Assembly (NCBI GenBank): GCA_951406725.2
Contig: OX597830.1
Location: 1,984,001-2,048,000 of the forward strand
DNA length: 64,000 nucleotides
Source: Octopus vulgaris
Lineage: Eukaryota
Direction of reading: 5' to 3'
Within the stretch, counting starts at the first letter, position 1. Each line of letters begins with the position of its first letter. The notes beneath the pieces were generated by a model. It was given only the letters and a program-made list of their open reading frames with translations. It searched no databases and was not told the origin of the DNA. The position numbers and the translations under genes are program-made. Shown here piece after piece: positions 1 to 13,135 of this stretch.

Positions 1-324
1 CCAACTTTATTATCGTGGCTTATTTTTTGTGTGTGATTCGCACCGGTTCGCTCTGATTGAGCAAATATTTATACACTCGCACGCACACACACACACATAT
101 ACATACTTATATTTATAGATACTTATATATACACGTATATACATTAATACATACGTGTATTTACACTACGAACATTTATTAGTACATAAACCGCGTGCAT
201 ATATTCACTTGTTCGCTCCTCCATATATACATACACACATATAAACATACATATATAGATACAAACACGCACTCATATATACTTACATTCATACATGCAT
301 ACATATATATATACATATATACGT

Positions 325-395
<71 letters not shown>

Positions 396-919
396 GCATT
401 TGCATATATATGTGAGTGTATAATACGTGTATGTATGTATTATTATTTAGTACATTAAATTCCTGGCAGTAACCCATAAAACTTATCACATCAGATATAT
501 CTACATTATAGGAATTGCTGTTGTTTAGCCCATGGGCAGACCTTAAATAACTGACCCCATGGCCGAAGGCGTTCCTGCTGCTACAATATTATCAATAGTG
601 TCCTTCTTTTCCTCAAAGGAAATACGGTATTTTGAGGAAAATTTGGCCGCTATTTGTAGCAGATCAAGTTATCATATGAATATTTCGGTGGCTTAAGTAT
701 AATATAGGATATGGATGCAGTTGTTGTTATTCATTAGGTGTACGTCAACACTGGTAGAAGTGTCACATGATCACAGAGCTTCTAGCTATTTCTTTCTCAT
801 AGTGCTAATGCGTGCATATACAGCTGCGTGCGTGCACACATACATGCGAGTACTGTCCAAATCTCCGACCAATCACATACAGCTAACTGGCATTCAATTG
901 GCGTATCAAGTTTCGGGCA

Positions 920-1130
920 TTTGGATTGGGCTTTGGATAGAAAATTCACAAAAAAGGCAATTCTATTGATTTTTTAATGACTTTGCGGGGTAACAGGGGA
1001 AATATAAAGATATGCACGACCACCCTTGGACGGTTTTAAATTACCATAGAAAGTGCGAGCCCTCTAACTGAAAATATGTGGATTTGTATAAAGGACACAC
1101 ACAGACATTTTGCCGTTTATATATATATAT
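920..1130. mobile_element. Possible non-autonomous Helitron/Helentron-type fragment
   Basis: Ends in ACACACACAGACATTTTGCCGTTTATATATAT, resembling the short microsatellite plus TATATA ends of such elements. Recalled resemblance only; no second copy in the window. Confidence 0.3.
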
Positions 1131-1231
1131 CCCGGATACGTATACAGATTTTTTAACGGACTAGTTACCTAGTTACAAAATCAGTGATTGTATGACACTG
1201 TGACTTTCTTTAATATATATATATATATATA

Positions 1232-1297
<66 letters not shown>

Positions 1298-1597
1298 AGC
1301 AAGGTTAATCTGGTGCCATACCTAGCAATGATTACCTCCACCGAGGAAATCCAATACAGGTCGAATCCACGTGGTTTGATGGTCTTGAACCTCGGGTGGC
1401 AATAGTCATCTCCCGCTTATCGGGTACGAGAAGCGCACTGAAAAAAAACCAACAGGCGGAGATGTCTTCCTGGGGTTAAATCGTAGTGTCGTCATCTCTT
1501 ACAGGGCAGCTGCATTAAAGTGGCTATAAGCAGTATCTAAAATAGCATTAGTAATAAAACCTTCCCTTTTTAAAAGAGTGAGTACATTTGAAGGGAT

Positions 1598-1955
1598 TCA
1601 TCATCATCCTAGTCAGGTGTCGCACTATGCGATGCTGTGGTCATCATGATGTCTTGCCACCTTCCCCTGTCCTCTTCTACCCCATGGACAGCTGAGAATA
1701 AAGACAATCCTGTGACTGCAATGTCCTTCAGCCAAGAAGTGGGTGGTCTGCCTCTTTTACGGCTGCCGTCCACCTTGCCAGTTATGATCGTTCAAGTCCA
1801 TCTCGGCGCATAACGTGGCCAAAGAGCCGTAGCTTGAAGCAAAAATTTCTAGGCAGTGATGAGGATGGGCCAGTTAAGTTACCGACCATACGATCATAAG
1901 ACTAGTTGTGCTGGGTTACAAGGTACCAGTAACGACGAAACATGAACTCTATTCC
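1598..1955 (-). mobile_element. RTE/BovB-like LINE 3' fragment
   Basis: Minus-strand hand translation gives KLRLFGHVMRRDGLE..IITGKVDGSRKRGRPPTSWLKDI..EDRGRWQDI, with a short (GAT)n tail at 1598-1608. Confidence 0.8.
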
Positions 1956-1956
1956 G

Positions 1957-2009
<53 letters not shown>

Positions 2010-4261
2010 GATCAAAGTATTTTGCCATCAAATTCTTCTTTTATACATCAGAACCAGACTGTAATTCTAGCCAGGGATTAGTCTTCTTACTGACTTCGGT
2101 AATCTGTAAACCCCAGTCAATGACTGGGCCTTTCAATCGAATCTATTTAATTACTCATTTATGATGCTGTTGCTTAGCACCACCACGGCAACTATGATTA
2201 AACAGACACATGTTCAAAGACGTCTTCCATCCATGACATAATCTCCTTCCTAACTCAGACATTTCATATCTAGGACTACGTTAAACCTTCTCCCCAACAA
2301 TGTTGAACCGCCTCATATTCCAAACCCTAACATCTTTCCTTCAGTCTTTGACTAATAATACTTTAATATCGAATGCATCAGCCTCACAAGCCCCAGGTGG
2401 ACTGCACACACGATTAGCTCTGCCATTTCCTCCAGATTAAATTAAAAATATAACCAATGTATCCCATCATTTATTGGTGGTAATGTATATAATCTAAATG
2501 GGATTTAGCTGCTATTTCCCGTATATCAGAAGATCATGTTGAGGTTATTTTTTTTTAGCTTATCAAAGTTACTGTTTTTCCCTGTAGGAGATGATGTCTG
2601 TCTGATTCCTGTAATTCTTCTGAGATTTGCTTAATCAATATAAAGAATCAAGGAACCATGTTCCATTCTGTTCAATGAACTGATGTTTTTCCATCCTATT
2701 AATATACTAGACACCACACACACGTGATACTTGCTGTTTCTGCTGTCCTTGCAGTTGTTGCTGGAGTCCCGTTCATGTTGCGGCTTCTGCAGCAGTACCA
2801 GCGCTTGTTGTGGCTGTTGTTGTCGAGTTTATTGTTGTTATGGTGGTGGTAGATGTTGTTGTTGCATTTGCTGCTGTTGTGCTCATTGATTGTTTTGCTG
2901 TGGCTGTTGTGGTTATGTGTGTTGTTGTGGTTACGATGTGCATATTGCTATTGTTATTTAACCTTAGACCATGTCCAGTCAACCCGTCCTATTGTCAACG
3001 CTATTCAATGCATGCCACACTGTCAACTTAGCATCGAGTGTCTACCCTGATGGCTTCGCTATAATCTAAGACGTCGCTGCTGTTCTTGTTATTCAAATAA
3101 GGATTAACCCTCGACTCTGTTTCTAGTCATAAAACGTCGCCAACCTTTTTGTTTGTTTTTCATTCTCTATTATATTTCACAAAAAATTATATTCCGTGAT
3201 ACAGCAACGATAGAATTATCATAATGTTCCCTGGCGCACCTACATACATCTCACTGGTGTTTGCTATACGTACACGACAACAACAACAAATCCACATTAA
3301 AACATATTGTTTTTGAATTCCTTATGGGACCCGGTTTCTAATCTGCTAATCTCTGGTTCAAAGTATTTCTAAGACAACAGAAGCAAGGATAGCTGAAACA
3401 AGAAACTCCGTTTTTAGGCACCATTATTTTCGGCTTTGTTGCCGAGGTTTGTAACTATAAGCGGATATAAATCGTTAGGTACACAGAGAATTGGAAAATA
3501 AAAAAAGCACACACACACATGAGAAAAGGATTCCTGCAGACAAACGCAGAAGCACAACCTCAGAAACACACGACCAACTCTTACACACTTTATAATCAAA
3601 CTGATGCTATGGCAGAACACACTTTTCAGGAATATTGTAGAGTAGGACTCAACTTAAAGCCACAGAGTTACAAAGGAAACCCTTCAATGTTTCACCTATG
3701 GGTCAAGCATTCCTTGACTTCCATAGCTGGCCGAGATCAATACCATATAAAATATGTATCAATTAACAGTTAACAAAATCAATTACCCGGGATTTTAAAT
3801 AAATTATTTAATTACGCAAAATACTTTCAAGTATTCATCAGAATCAACCTCAAACATAACTAAAAATTGCATACTGACAGACATATCACCGTGTTTGGAA
3901 GTTACAATAACACTATACTGACGAGAAATAATTAGGCTGAAACATATTACAATACTGGTCAATTTTTCTCTGCATTTCTTGTTTATTTATGTTTGAGTTT
4001 AAATTCCAAGGTTATCTCCTCTTTGTTGCTTAGACACATCTAATCATGGCTAAATCTATCTTAGAGTCTTTTTCTTCTCACTCAGTGTGTAAATGTTTAT
4101 AAACAGATATTTCATGATGAACTACGCCAAGTATGTTAGCACCCGGTTAACTACGAGTCTAATTTAGTTCGGCGATATCATTATATCAGCGTGAGAAGAA
4201 TTAGAATAATATTTCGCTTTTGATCGCTTTCTTCCTTTATTTTCTCCCCCACTCTCCCGCT

Positions 4262-4315
<54 letters not shown>

Positions 4316-4419
4316 CTCAACTTTTTTCAGTGCCAATGCACTGAGAAATGTTTTGAAATATTAATGAAAATTATAGTGATAATTATGATGAAGATAGCAA
4401 TAATGAGGAAAATTGATGA

Positions 4420-4562
4420 TGAGGGTTATGATGATAATGATGGTTGATGATGATGATGGTGATGATGGTGAAGGATGATGACGATGATTAGGATAATAAA
4501 ATGATCATATTAACAGCAACAATGACATCAAAAATATATGACGATGATGATGATGTCGATAC

Positions 4563-4593
<31 letters not shown>

Positions 4594-4705
4594 AATTAGG
4601 ATTATAAAACAAATAATAACAACAATGTCAACAAAAATAAATGACGATAATAATAATGATGAGAGTGATGATGATGATGATGACACTGATGATAATGATG
4701 ACGAC
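4420..4705. repeat. Degenerate (GAT)n/(AAT)n low-complexity tract
   Basis: Seen directly. Confidence 0.9.
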
Positions 4706-4899
4706 GAAGGTTATTATTGCAATTGCTATCCCCAATTAGTCAAATATTAACACCAACCCCTATTATAATCACAATTATTACTCTAACAAGTGCAATTACA
4801 AAAATTAATTTTAAAAAACAGCCACTAGTAATTAAGTAATCAATCACCATATAAATCCAAAATTCGAAACTGTTATCATAAACACAACAATTATCTCTA

Positions 4900-5230
4900 C
4901 AGAAGCTGTAGAGCGCCAAACAAAATGTCTTGCGGGTGTTGTTCCACTTTTTTGAGTTCTACACACTAATCCCTCTGACCTTCATTTTGTTTTTCATTTC
5001 CCCCTGGGGCTGGGTTGATAAAATAATCAAATCTGCGGCAGTTTATTGGCCCGTTTGCAGTATCTGATCTGGCTCGATATATTCGGGGTTCAAATTCCGC
5101 TCAAGTGAAGTTGACTTTTGTTATTGTAATATCGATGAAAATGAAGTACCAGTTAAATATTCGGGGTTGTTTAATTGACTGAACCCTCCCCCACCCGGAA
5201 TTTCTTGTATTGTCTCTATATTGGGGAGAA
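4900..5230 (+). mobile_element. Two highly degenerate SINE family A units
   Basis: CAAAATGTCTTGCGGG..GAGTTC..GATAAAATAA, and GGGTTCAAATTCCGC..GACTTTTG..GATGAAAATGAAGTACCAG. Confidence 0.55.
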
Positions 5231-6003
5231 TTTCTTTATATCAATAAGTCCTTGTTCTATTTTATCATCTCAATGGAAATATTATTAACCGCCATAAAAA
5301 AACATAAATTATTTAACTTTGAACTAACATAAACTGATGCAATAATTTTCATTTTTAATCAGTAAGAGATTCAAGATTATTATTTCTAGTAGGACCTGTG
5401 AATATTTCACAGAATTATTGATAAACGTATTAGGTTAGTTCTGAAAACGTTTTCCAAAAAAAAACAAACAAAAAAACTGAAAGAATAGCTGTTGTGTCTC
5501 CAATCAAGAGATAGTCGCTCATCTGTAAATCATTGAAAAGTGAGGAAAATTGGAATACGATGATCACTTAATGCACTTTATACACTTTATACACAATTTT
5601 ATAGACTTAATACACAGCTCTCATAGAACACATATCCACTCTTATTTTCCATTTTTCCTTTAACACACAAAAAAAATTACATTTTAAAATTTACATGGTC
5701 ACAATTTCATACCAGAAGGCAACATTTTTATTGTAAAAATATTATATGTAAAATATAGGGGTAACAATTTCACGTCGTTGGTAACATATAAGCCAAGACA
5801 ATTCACATTTCAATTTGCGTATACATTTCAATTCACCAACATTTCCACCACCATTACTATCCTCTCTTATTTTCTTTAATATCGTATTATCTCCCCTTGA
5901 TCGATTTTAATCCCACATGTTTTTGTAATTTGTGTCTTGTTTTATGTGTGTGCTGCAACTCGTCCTTCGATATTGTCCTCCATGTCTTGAATTCTTGGAA
6001 CCA

Positions 6004-6060
<57 letters not shown>

Positions 6061-6061
<1 letters not shown>

Positions 6062-8257
6062 TATGTTTGACTTTTGCTTTATATTTGTACAAGTTGGCTC
6101 CAAGTCTCACCCAAAGACCTCAAGAGACAACAGGGTTGGAAGTTCATGTTGTTGTTATGCCTAGTGTGCCATATATTTGGGGGGGATGTTGTACTAATGA
6201 ATGTCTAAAAAAAAAAATCTTGAGCTGCTATGATAAATCTCTCTGTTTCAGATTTTAAGCTAGATGCCATTAGCCATTGATGGGTCAGGGCTTTGTCTAC
6301 ATCTGCATTATTCGCTCTCTTTAGGTATTTGCCATAGAGAGGTTTTTCTTGCCATTTATCATTCAGAATATCTAAAGCAGCAGTCTTAGCACGGGTTTTC
6401 ATGCATTTATTTTTTTCTGTGCTTGTTTCTTATATGTCTAATTCCGAAATTGGTTGTATTCGGAATTCAATTAGATATTCCTTTGCCTGTTTTGTTACTG
6501 AGTATGATGCTTTCTTGTTTTCATGTTTTGAGACAAGTTTTAACATCCAGTCCTCAGAGTTTTTCAGGGTAGGTGTCTAGGCCAATTGTAGCAATCTTCA
6601 TTGTTATTGCCAATTGTAAGAGTCCACGGCCTCCTTCTTTTGTTGGCAGATAAAGTTGTTCTGTATCTTCCTTAGGGTGGTGCATTCTATGCATTGTCAA
6701 CAGTTTTCGTATTTTTCTGTCAAGATTACATATTTCAGTAATCGACCAGTTAACGATATTGAAACTGTAAGTCACGACTGGTATAGCTAATGCATTGATC
6801 GCTTCAATCCTGTTTCTTGCATTCAGCTCTGTCTTGAGTATTGCTCTCACTCTTCGATAACATTCTCTCCTGATCCTTTCCTTCATCTCTGAATGCCTTA
6901 TTCCGTTCCCTTCAATTACCCCTAGATACTTGTAGCTCTCCGCTGGGTCTAGTTCTTTTATGACATTCTGCTGGTCAAGGTTAACGTTAGATGTTTCTGT
7001 CATTTTTCCTTTGGTAAAGGCAGCTTTTGCACATTTATCGAGGCCAAATTGCATTCTGATGTCATCACTAAATTGTTTGATAATCGCTAGTAAGCCCTTG
7101 AGTTGTTGGTAATTTTTTGCAAAGAGCTTTAAATCATCCATGTAAATGAGATGATTTATATTTTTATCAAACATTTTATATCCGTACTGCGCGTCATTGA
7201 GCAGTTTTGAGAGAGGTATTAAGGCTAAACAAAAGAGGAGTGGTGACAGTGAGTCACCCTGGAAAATGCCACATGAAATTTTTACATCACCAGCATTTAG
7301 AGATTCATTGTCACTGTTCAAAGTTAGTGTGGTTCTCCATGATCTCATACTTACAGACAAAAAGTTTCGCAGAGCAGGTGCTATCTTATACATTTCGTGG
7401 CATTTATTAATCCAGCTATGTGGTAGGCTATCAAAAGCCTTTTTATAGTCTATCCAGGCTATTGATAAGTTTTTGTGTCGTTTGTGACAATCTTCTAAGA
7501 TCATCTTATTGATGAGTAGTTGATCTTTACAACCATAGGATCCACGTTTACATCCTTTCTGTTCATTAGGGAATATGCTGCTGTCTGTTTAAAAACTATA
7601 GGTATATTCCGTCAGGACAGATGTTAGTGTTTTATACATAGTTGTTAAGCAGGTTATGGGTCTATAGTTTTTGGGTTCATTTGTTTCTTCACTTTTTGTA
7701 AGCAGGAATGTTAACCCATTAACTAGACAAGGAGGCATCCTACTAGGGTGTTGCAAAACATCATTGTAAAGTTCTGTTAGCAGTTCATGGCTCTCTGGGA
7801 AGGCATTCAACCAGAAGTTAGGAATTTTATCCTTTCCTGGAGACTTCCATTTGCTTGACCTCCTGAGAGCAGATCTTATATCTTCTACCTTGACACCCTC
7901 CCACTTTTTCTCTTCTAAGGAGTCTAGTTCTGTCAATCCAGGGGCCTTTTCGTTATGTGTTTTTTCTTCTGCCCAGATTTTATTCCAAAATCCCTGCACT
8001 TCTTCTTTTGATGGTACAGACTTTACAGTAACTGGTGTTTTTCCTATCTTCCTGTAAAAGTTTTTGGGGTTATTTTTGAGCATGTTGTTGTCCTTGAAGA
8101 ATCTAACACGCTTTTCTTACCTCGCTTTGCGGGCAGCTTTAGCAGATACCTTTTGCTTGATGGTTCTATGGTGGCATCAATATCAAGTATAGTTTTCATA
8201 TTATATTTTTTCATAAAGTTTTGTATTTTTGTAGGTTTGGTAGTCTTGTGAACTACC

Positions 8258-8258
<1 letters not shown>
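6061..8258 (-). mobile_element. R4/Dong-clade non-LTR retrotransposon copy A, 5'-truncated, with the zinc knuckle and endonuclease deleted; same family as 13133-16772
   Basis: ORF pieces 7589-8083, 6554-7504 and 6205-6402 carry [41 protein letters not shown] and YKYLG. The 3' UTR (6061-6217) matches 16620-16772. Both flanks are (TAA)n. Confidence 0.93.
6554..7504 (-). pseudogene. Reverse transcriptase core fragment of Dong-like copy A
   Basis: RT motifs [39 protein letters not shown]; broken by frameshifts on both sides. Confidence 0.9.
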
Positions 8259-8287
<29 letters not shown>

Positions 8288-8288
<1 letters not shown>

Positions 8289-11200
8289 TTTTTTTTTCTT
8301 CTTCTTTCAAATTTGCTATCATTTCTTGCCGAGTGTCTTCCCGACTCCTAGGGCAAAGAAACTCATAGTATACATTGGTAGGCCATTAAACCAAACTCAG
8401 TAGTTCGTTCATTTTTTTTTTTTAAAGTTAAATTAAAATACATGAGCAGCAACAGTTCTCACATCGACAATGCTCTTCTCAATACGTGTGATGTACCAGT
8501 TAAGACAATCTTTTGCACCTCTTGCAGGGATGGTAAGCCAGGGATCATTCTCATGTAATTTTCGGTTCCCTTCTTGATCATTCCTAGTGCTCCTACGATC
8601 ACTGGTATTGTAACCGCCTTGAGATGCCACATTTTCTCGATTTCAATGAGTAGGTCTTTATATTTTCTGAGCTTGTCAAACTCTTTCGCTGAGATATTAT
8701 GATCACAGGGGATGCTCATGTCGATCAATACGCAAACTTTATTGTTTTGGTCTTTCACAACAATATCTGGTTTATTGGCCTTGATGGTTCGGTCTGTATG
8801 TACTGGAAAGTCCCACAAAATGGTTACATTTTCTCCTTCAGTTACAGCCTCAGGGTGGTGATTATACCACTTGTCGGCAGTTTTGATATTGTAATGCCGA
8901 CTTATTAGCCAGTGGAGATATTGGCCAACTCTGTCATGTCTTAATTTATACTCCACTGGTGCTAAGACTTTACATCCAGAGATTAGGTGGTCCACTGTTT
9001 CAATCATGTCGTTGCAGAATCGGCATTTTGGGTCTGCTCCATTTTTCATCACATTGGCCTGGTAGTTCCGAGTTAATAGGCTTTGATCTTGAGCAGCCAG
9101 GATGAAACCTTCGCTCTCTGCTTTTAGCCCTGAGCTCCATAGCCACTGATGGGTTTGCTTCTGGTCAACATCAGCTTGTTTGCTGCGGGTCACATATTTG
9201 CCGTGCAGAGGTTTCTCCTCCCACCTATCAGCCAATTGCTCGTGCGCTTTTTTCATTGCCATCATTTTCACCTTCTTTGCAACAATAGTTGCCGTACTTC
9301 CCTCGGGTTGTTCAGTTTGGGTATCCTGCACGAGATCAATAGCAAATTTTTTGCTTTCCTTTATGATAGAATGAAGCTTCTTTCGTCTCTCGTGATTTTC
9401 CACGAGCTTTAGCATCCAGTCATTCGTTATTTCGAGATATTTGGCCAGTCCAATTGTGGTTGTTTTGTAAGCTAGTTCAAATTGGATCAGGCCTCGACCT
9501 CCTTGGGCTCTGGGAAGGTAAAGGCAATCTACGTCTGCCTTTGGGTGGTGCATCCTATTATAACTCAGCAGCTTGCGTATTTTCCTATCTATATTCTTTA
9601 CTTCACTCATATTCCAGTTCAACACATTGTAGCTATAAGTAACAACTGGAACTGCTAAGGAATTTATAGCTAACACCTTGTTACGTGCATTTAGTTCAGA
9701 TTTCAGGACTGCACGAACTCTCCTATAACATTCCTTCCTGATTTTCTCTTTCATGCTTGCATGCTGAATACCAGAGCCTTCATTTATCCCTAAATATTTG
9801 TATGTTTGTTCTTGCTCAAGCTCTCTTATGACTGTGTCAACATCTAACACGACTGAATTTGTGGTCTTCACTTTCCCTTTCTGGAAAGTGGCCTTGGCAC
9901 ACTTCTCAAGTCCAAACTTCATCCCGATGTCATCGCTGAATGCTTTCACGGTGCGCAATAGGCCTTCAAGTTCATTATTGTCTTTACCATAAAGTTTTAA
10001 GTCATCCATATAAAATAGATGGCTTATTTTTTTATTGGCAATTTTATACCCATACCCTGTTCTGTTTAATTCACTTGTAAGGGGTATTAGGGCTATGCAG
10101 AATATTAAAGGTGAAAGTGAGTCACATTGAAAAATTCCACAGTTGATGTTTATATTTTCTGAGGCAAGTACTCCATTAGAGTGGTATAATTGGAGATTCG
10201 TATTCCACAACGACATATTGTGCTTCAGGAAGTTTGAAATCACAGGGGAAATTTTTAAGATGTCCAGCTATCTCAAGATCCATGGATGCGGTATACTGTC
10301 GAAGGCCTTTTTATAGTCAATCCATGCGGTGCTGAGTTTTCTGCGCTTGTTGTGACAGTTCTCAAGGATCATACGATTGATTAGCAGTTGATCTTTGCAT
10401 CCGTAAGAGCCTCGGCGGCACCCTTTTTGTTCAATGGGGAAAATATCGTTCTTCTCCATGAATGCATATGTTTTCTCCGCCAGGATAGATGTTAGGATTT
10501 TATACGTGGTGGATAGACAGGTTATAGGCCGATAGTTTTTTGGAAGGTTGGTTTCGTTATTCTTTGGGAGTAGGTAAGTAATGCCACTTGCTAACCATTC
10601 AGGTGTTTTCTTTGGGTCTCCCATAATTCCATTGAGCAGCTGAACTAGCTTACCGTGTGCGCATGGGAGCGATGCGAGCCAGAAATTCGGCACCCTATCT
10701 TTACCGGGGATTTCCAATTATGGGCCTTCGTGAGTGCCTTTCTTAGGTCTGCTATTGTGATGTCTTCCCATGCTTGTTGTTGTAAATTTTGGTAGGATCC
10801 TTCAGTTTGTATAATCCAGTCTGCATTTATGTTGTACGTCTTCTTGTCACTCCAAATCCTTTTCCAAAAGTTTTGAACTTCTTCCATGGGAGGGGGTCTT
10901 TAACGGTTACTTTCTCCTTCCCTATTTCTCTGTAGAATTTTTTGGCATTGGATGTGAACAAGTTATTTTGCTTGTAAAACTTGTTTCTCTTCTCAAATCT
11001 TCGTATTCTTTGGGCTTTTGCTTGGACTTTTTGTTTCAGCGTTTCTTTTATTGATATCAGTTCTTCTCTTGGTGAGGATCCAAATTTTCTCTTCATCTTT
11101 CTTCCTGTTCTGGATCTTACATCATTTCCACATATTAGTTCATTTAATATTGATATTTCCCCTTTCATAAATTCAATCTCTTTTTCAATTTTACTTCTCC

Positions 11201-11544
11201 AGGTTTGATTTCTTCCCAGGTTTTGTTTTCTTTGTTTTTTCGGGGGCATACAGCTGGTTTCAATTGCCCTAGCAGAAGCGTAAATAATTTCATTTAACTC
11301 AGTAAAATCAGGTTTTAATTCTCGTATTATTTCATTTTTTACATAGTTGCCAATTTGGATTTGTTTTTTAATTTGGTTTGTATTTGAGAGTTTATGAAGT
11401 GGTTCTCTATCATTCATACTGGTATGTCTTACAACTTCAAGCGTATTCAGGATTTTCTGCCTCATTTCTGCCATAGACTCTCTGTGTTCTTCAGCAAATG
11501 CGAGATCTTCAGTTAATGTTGTCTTTTCGTTTTCAACGACATCA

Positions 11545-11546
<2 letters not shown>
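8288..11546 (-). mobile_element. R4/Dong-clade non-LTR retrotransposon copy B (second family), 5'-truncated and frameshifted
   Basis: Collinear ORF pieces 10827-11474, 10645-10887, 10268-10717 and 8459-10243 contain [50 protein letters not shown] and KLRKY. 3' UTR 8288-8458, (TAA)n tail 8258-8287, and (TAA)n at the 5' side 11547-11599. Confidence 0.93.
8459..10243 (-). pseudogene. C-terminal RT, CCHC zinc knuckle and restriction-like endonuclease of copy B (594 aa uninterrupted)
   Basis: GIFQCDSLSPLIF (QGD altered to QCD), YMDD, CRFC-H-C knuckle, RHDRV, NKPDIVV, LIDMSIP, KYKDL. Confidence 0.9.
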
Positions 11547-11599
<53 letters not shown>

Positions 11600-11602
<3 letters not shown>

Positions 11603-11985
11603 TCACTTCATTTTTATCACGTGCCTTCACTGCACAAATGAGTCCAACTGTGTGCCTCTCGGGTATGTGCTGAGGTTCATTATGGGGTTCGTATTTTCAC
11701 TGTATGGAAAGTGCTTCACTTAGGATTGGTAAAGTGCCAAGTTGTGCTATTTTGTGTACGTTATATACATTCGTAAATCCTGGTGTTTTGGCTATGTATT
11801 GTTTCAGCATTTCTTAATCATACCAACTGTATCTATTATTATAGGGATTGTTTGTTTTCAGGCTCCACATGCGGCCTATTTCTGTTTCCAGATCTTTGTG
11901 TTATTTGAGATTCTCCGTTTCTTTTAGACATATGTTGTAATATTTTGGGATTGTAGCATCAATTACAAGACATTTTTTCTTCTTC
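11600..11985 (-). mobile_element. Degenerate 3' remnant of another R4/Dong family (copy E)
   Basis: Minus-strand hand translation across frameshifts gives KKCLVIDATIP..KDLETEIGRMWSLKT..IPIIIDTVGMIKK..KIAQLGTLPILSEALSIQ*, followed by a short 3' UTR and a (TAA)n tail. Confidence 0.8.
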
Positions 11986-12324
11986 ATTATTGTTGTTGTT
12001 GTTGTTGCAATTTTTGATGTCGAAGTCGTTGCTGTTGTTGTTCTTCTTCCAGTCAGGACTAATTAGCCACAAAGAATAATCTCTAATTCAAGCCTACTCT
12101 AAGCAAGTAAGAACGCGTGTGCAACTTGAAGATCGAAACACCACACGCGATAGACTGGCGGTTGCACGGGCGCGAAAGCTACGTTGCTATCCTCATTCCG
12201 TAAACGGTGGCTTTTAACGGGTGGAGAACTGAACCATCCTGGGGTACAGAGGATTCGCAATCTTGAATACGGTCTGAAAGTTTATCACATTATAGTGGGT
12301 TACACCATGGTTTCTCTGTTTTGT

Positions 12325-12522
12325 GGCAAAAGCAGGAAGAAAGAGTGAGAGAAAGTTGTGGTGAAAGAGTACAGCGGGGTTCACCCCCTCCACTCCGCTG
12401 GTACCTCGTGGAACTTAGGTGTTTTTGCTCAATAAACACTCACAATGCCCGGTCTGGGAATCGAAACCGCGTTCTTACGACGACGAGTCCACTGCCCTGA
12501 CCATTGGACCATTGCACCTCCA
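12325..12522 (-). mobile_element. tRNA-derived SINE (family C)
   Basis: Minus strand begins GGAGGTGCAATGGTCCAATGGTCAGGGCAGTGGACTC..GGTTTCGATTCCC (pol III A-box and B-box-like), then TGTTTATTGAGCAAAAACAC. The 3' boundary is uncertain. Confidence 0.65.
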
Positions 12523-12560
12523 GTCGTTGCTGTTGTTGTAGTCGTTGTTGTTGTTATTAA

Positions 12561-13085
12561 TGTATTTCAGCTTTTTAATACGATGATGTAGTCTTTCCTC
12601 TCTCTTGCCGACATAATCCCATTCAGTGACTACCAAAATGAAATTTTATCTGGAGTATTTGCATAAAAGAACGGAAGGAGTGTCAGAAAACCCTGTCCAT
12701 GGAACCTGGGGGTAGACAGCAACAAGGGTTTTGTTTTACAAAATTCAGGTTAAATTTCTCACATATTTTCTCATTAGAAATGGTCTCCAATTAAAACTTA
12801 AATTTTGTAGAACAAAACCCTTTGCTGTTGTCTACCTTCGGGTTTCATGGACAAGTGTTGGGAACCATTTCTAATGAGAAAATATGAGAAATTTAACCTG
12901 AATTTTGTAAAACAAAACCCTTGTTGCTGTCTACCCCCAGGTTCCATGGACAGGGTTTTCTGACACTCTTTCCGTTCTTTTATGCAAATACTCCAGATAA
13001 AATTTCATTTTGGTAGTCACTGAATGGGATTATGTCGGCAAGAGAGAGGAAAGACTACATCATCGTATTAAAAAGCTGAAATACA
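12561..13085. repeat. Near-perfect 525-bp palindrome / foldback element with ~230-bp arms, TGT...ACA ends and TTAA on both sides
   Basis: 12561-12790 is the reverse complement of 12858-13085 with about three substitutions and one 2-bp indel by eye. The 67-bp spacer contains a diverged direct copy (12801-12853) of 12901-12952. Confidence 0.93.
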
Positions 13086-13102
13086 TTAATAATAATGATG
13101 AT

Positions 13103-13132
<30 letters not shown>

Positions 13133-13135
<3 letters not shown>

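Noticed and set aside
1296-1410. HDV-like ribozyme
   Set aside because: P3/L3 would need a non-canonical insertion of about 30 nt; only a generic stem-loop is supported.
13010-13132. N-terminus of the 470-aa ORF as a real start for copy C
   Set aside because: It reads through the palindrome arm and the (AAT)n tract from a non-ATG start; element sequence begins only at about 13133.
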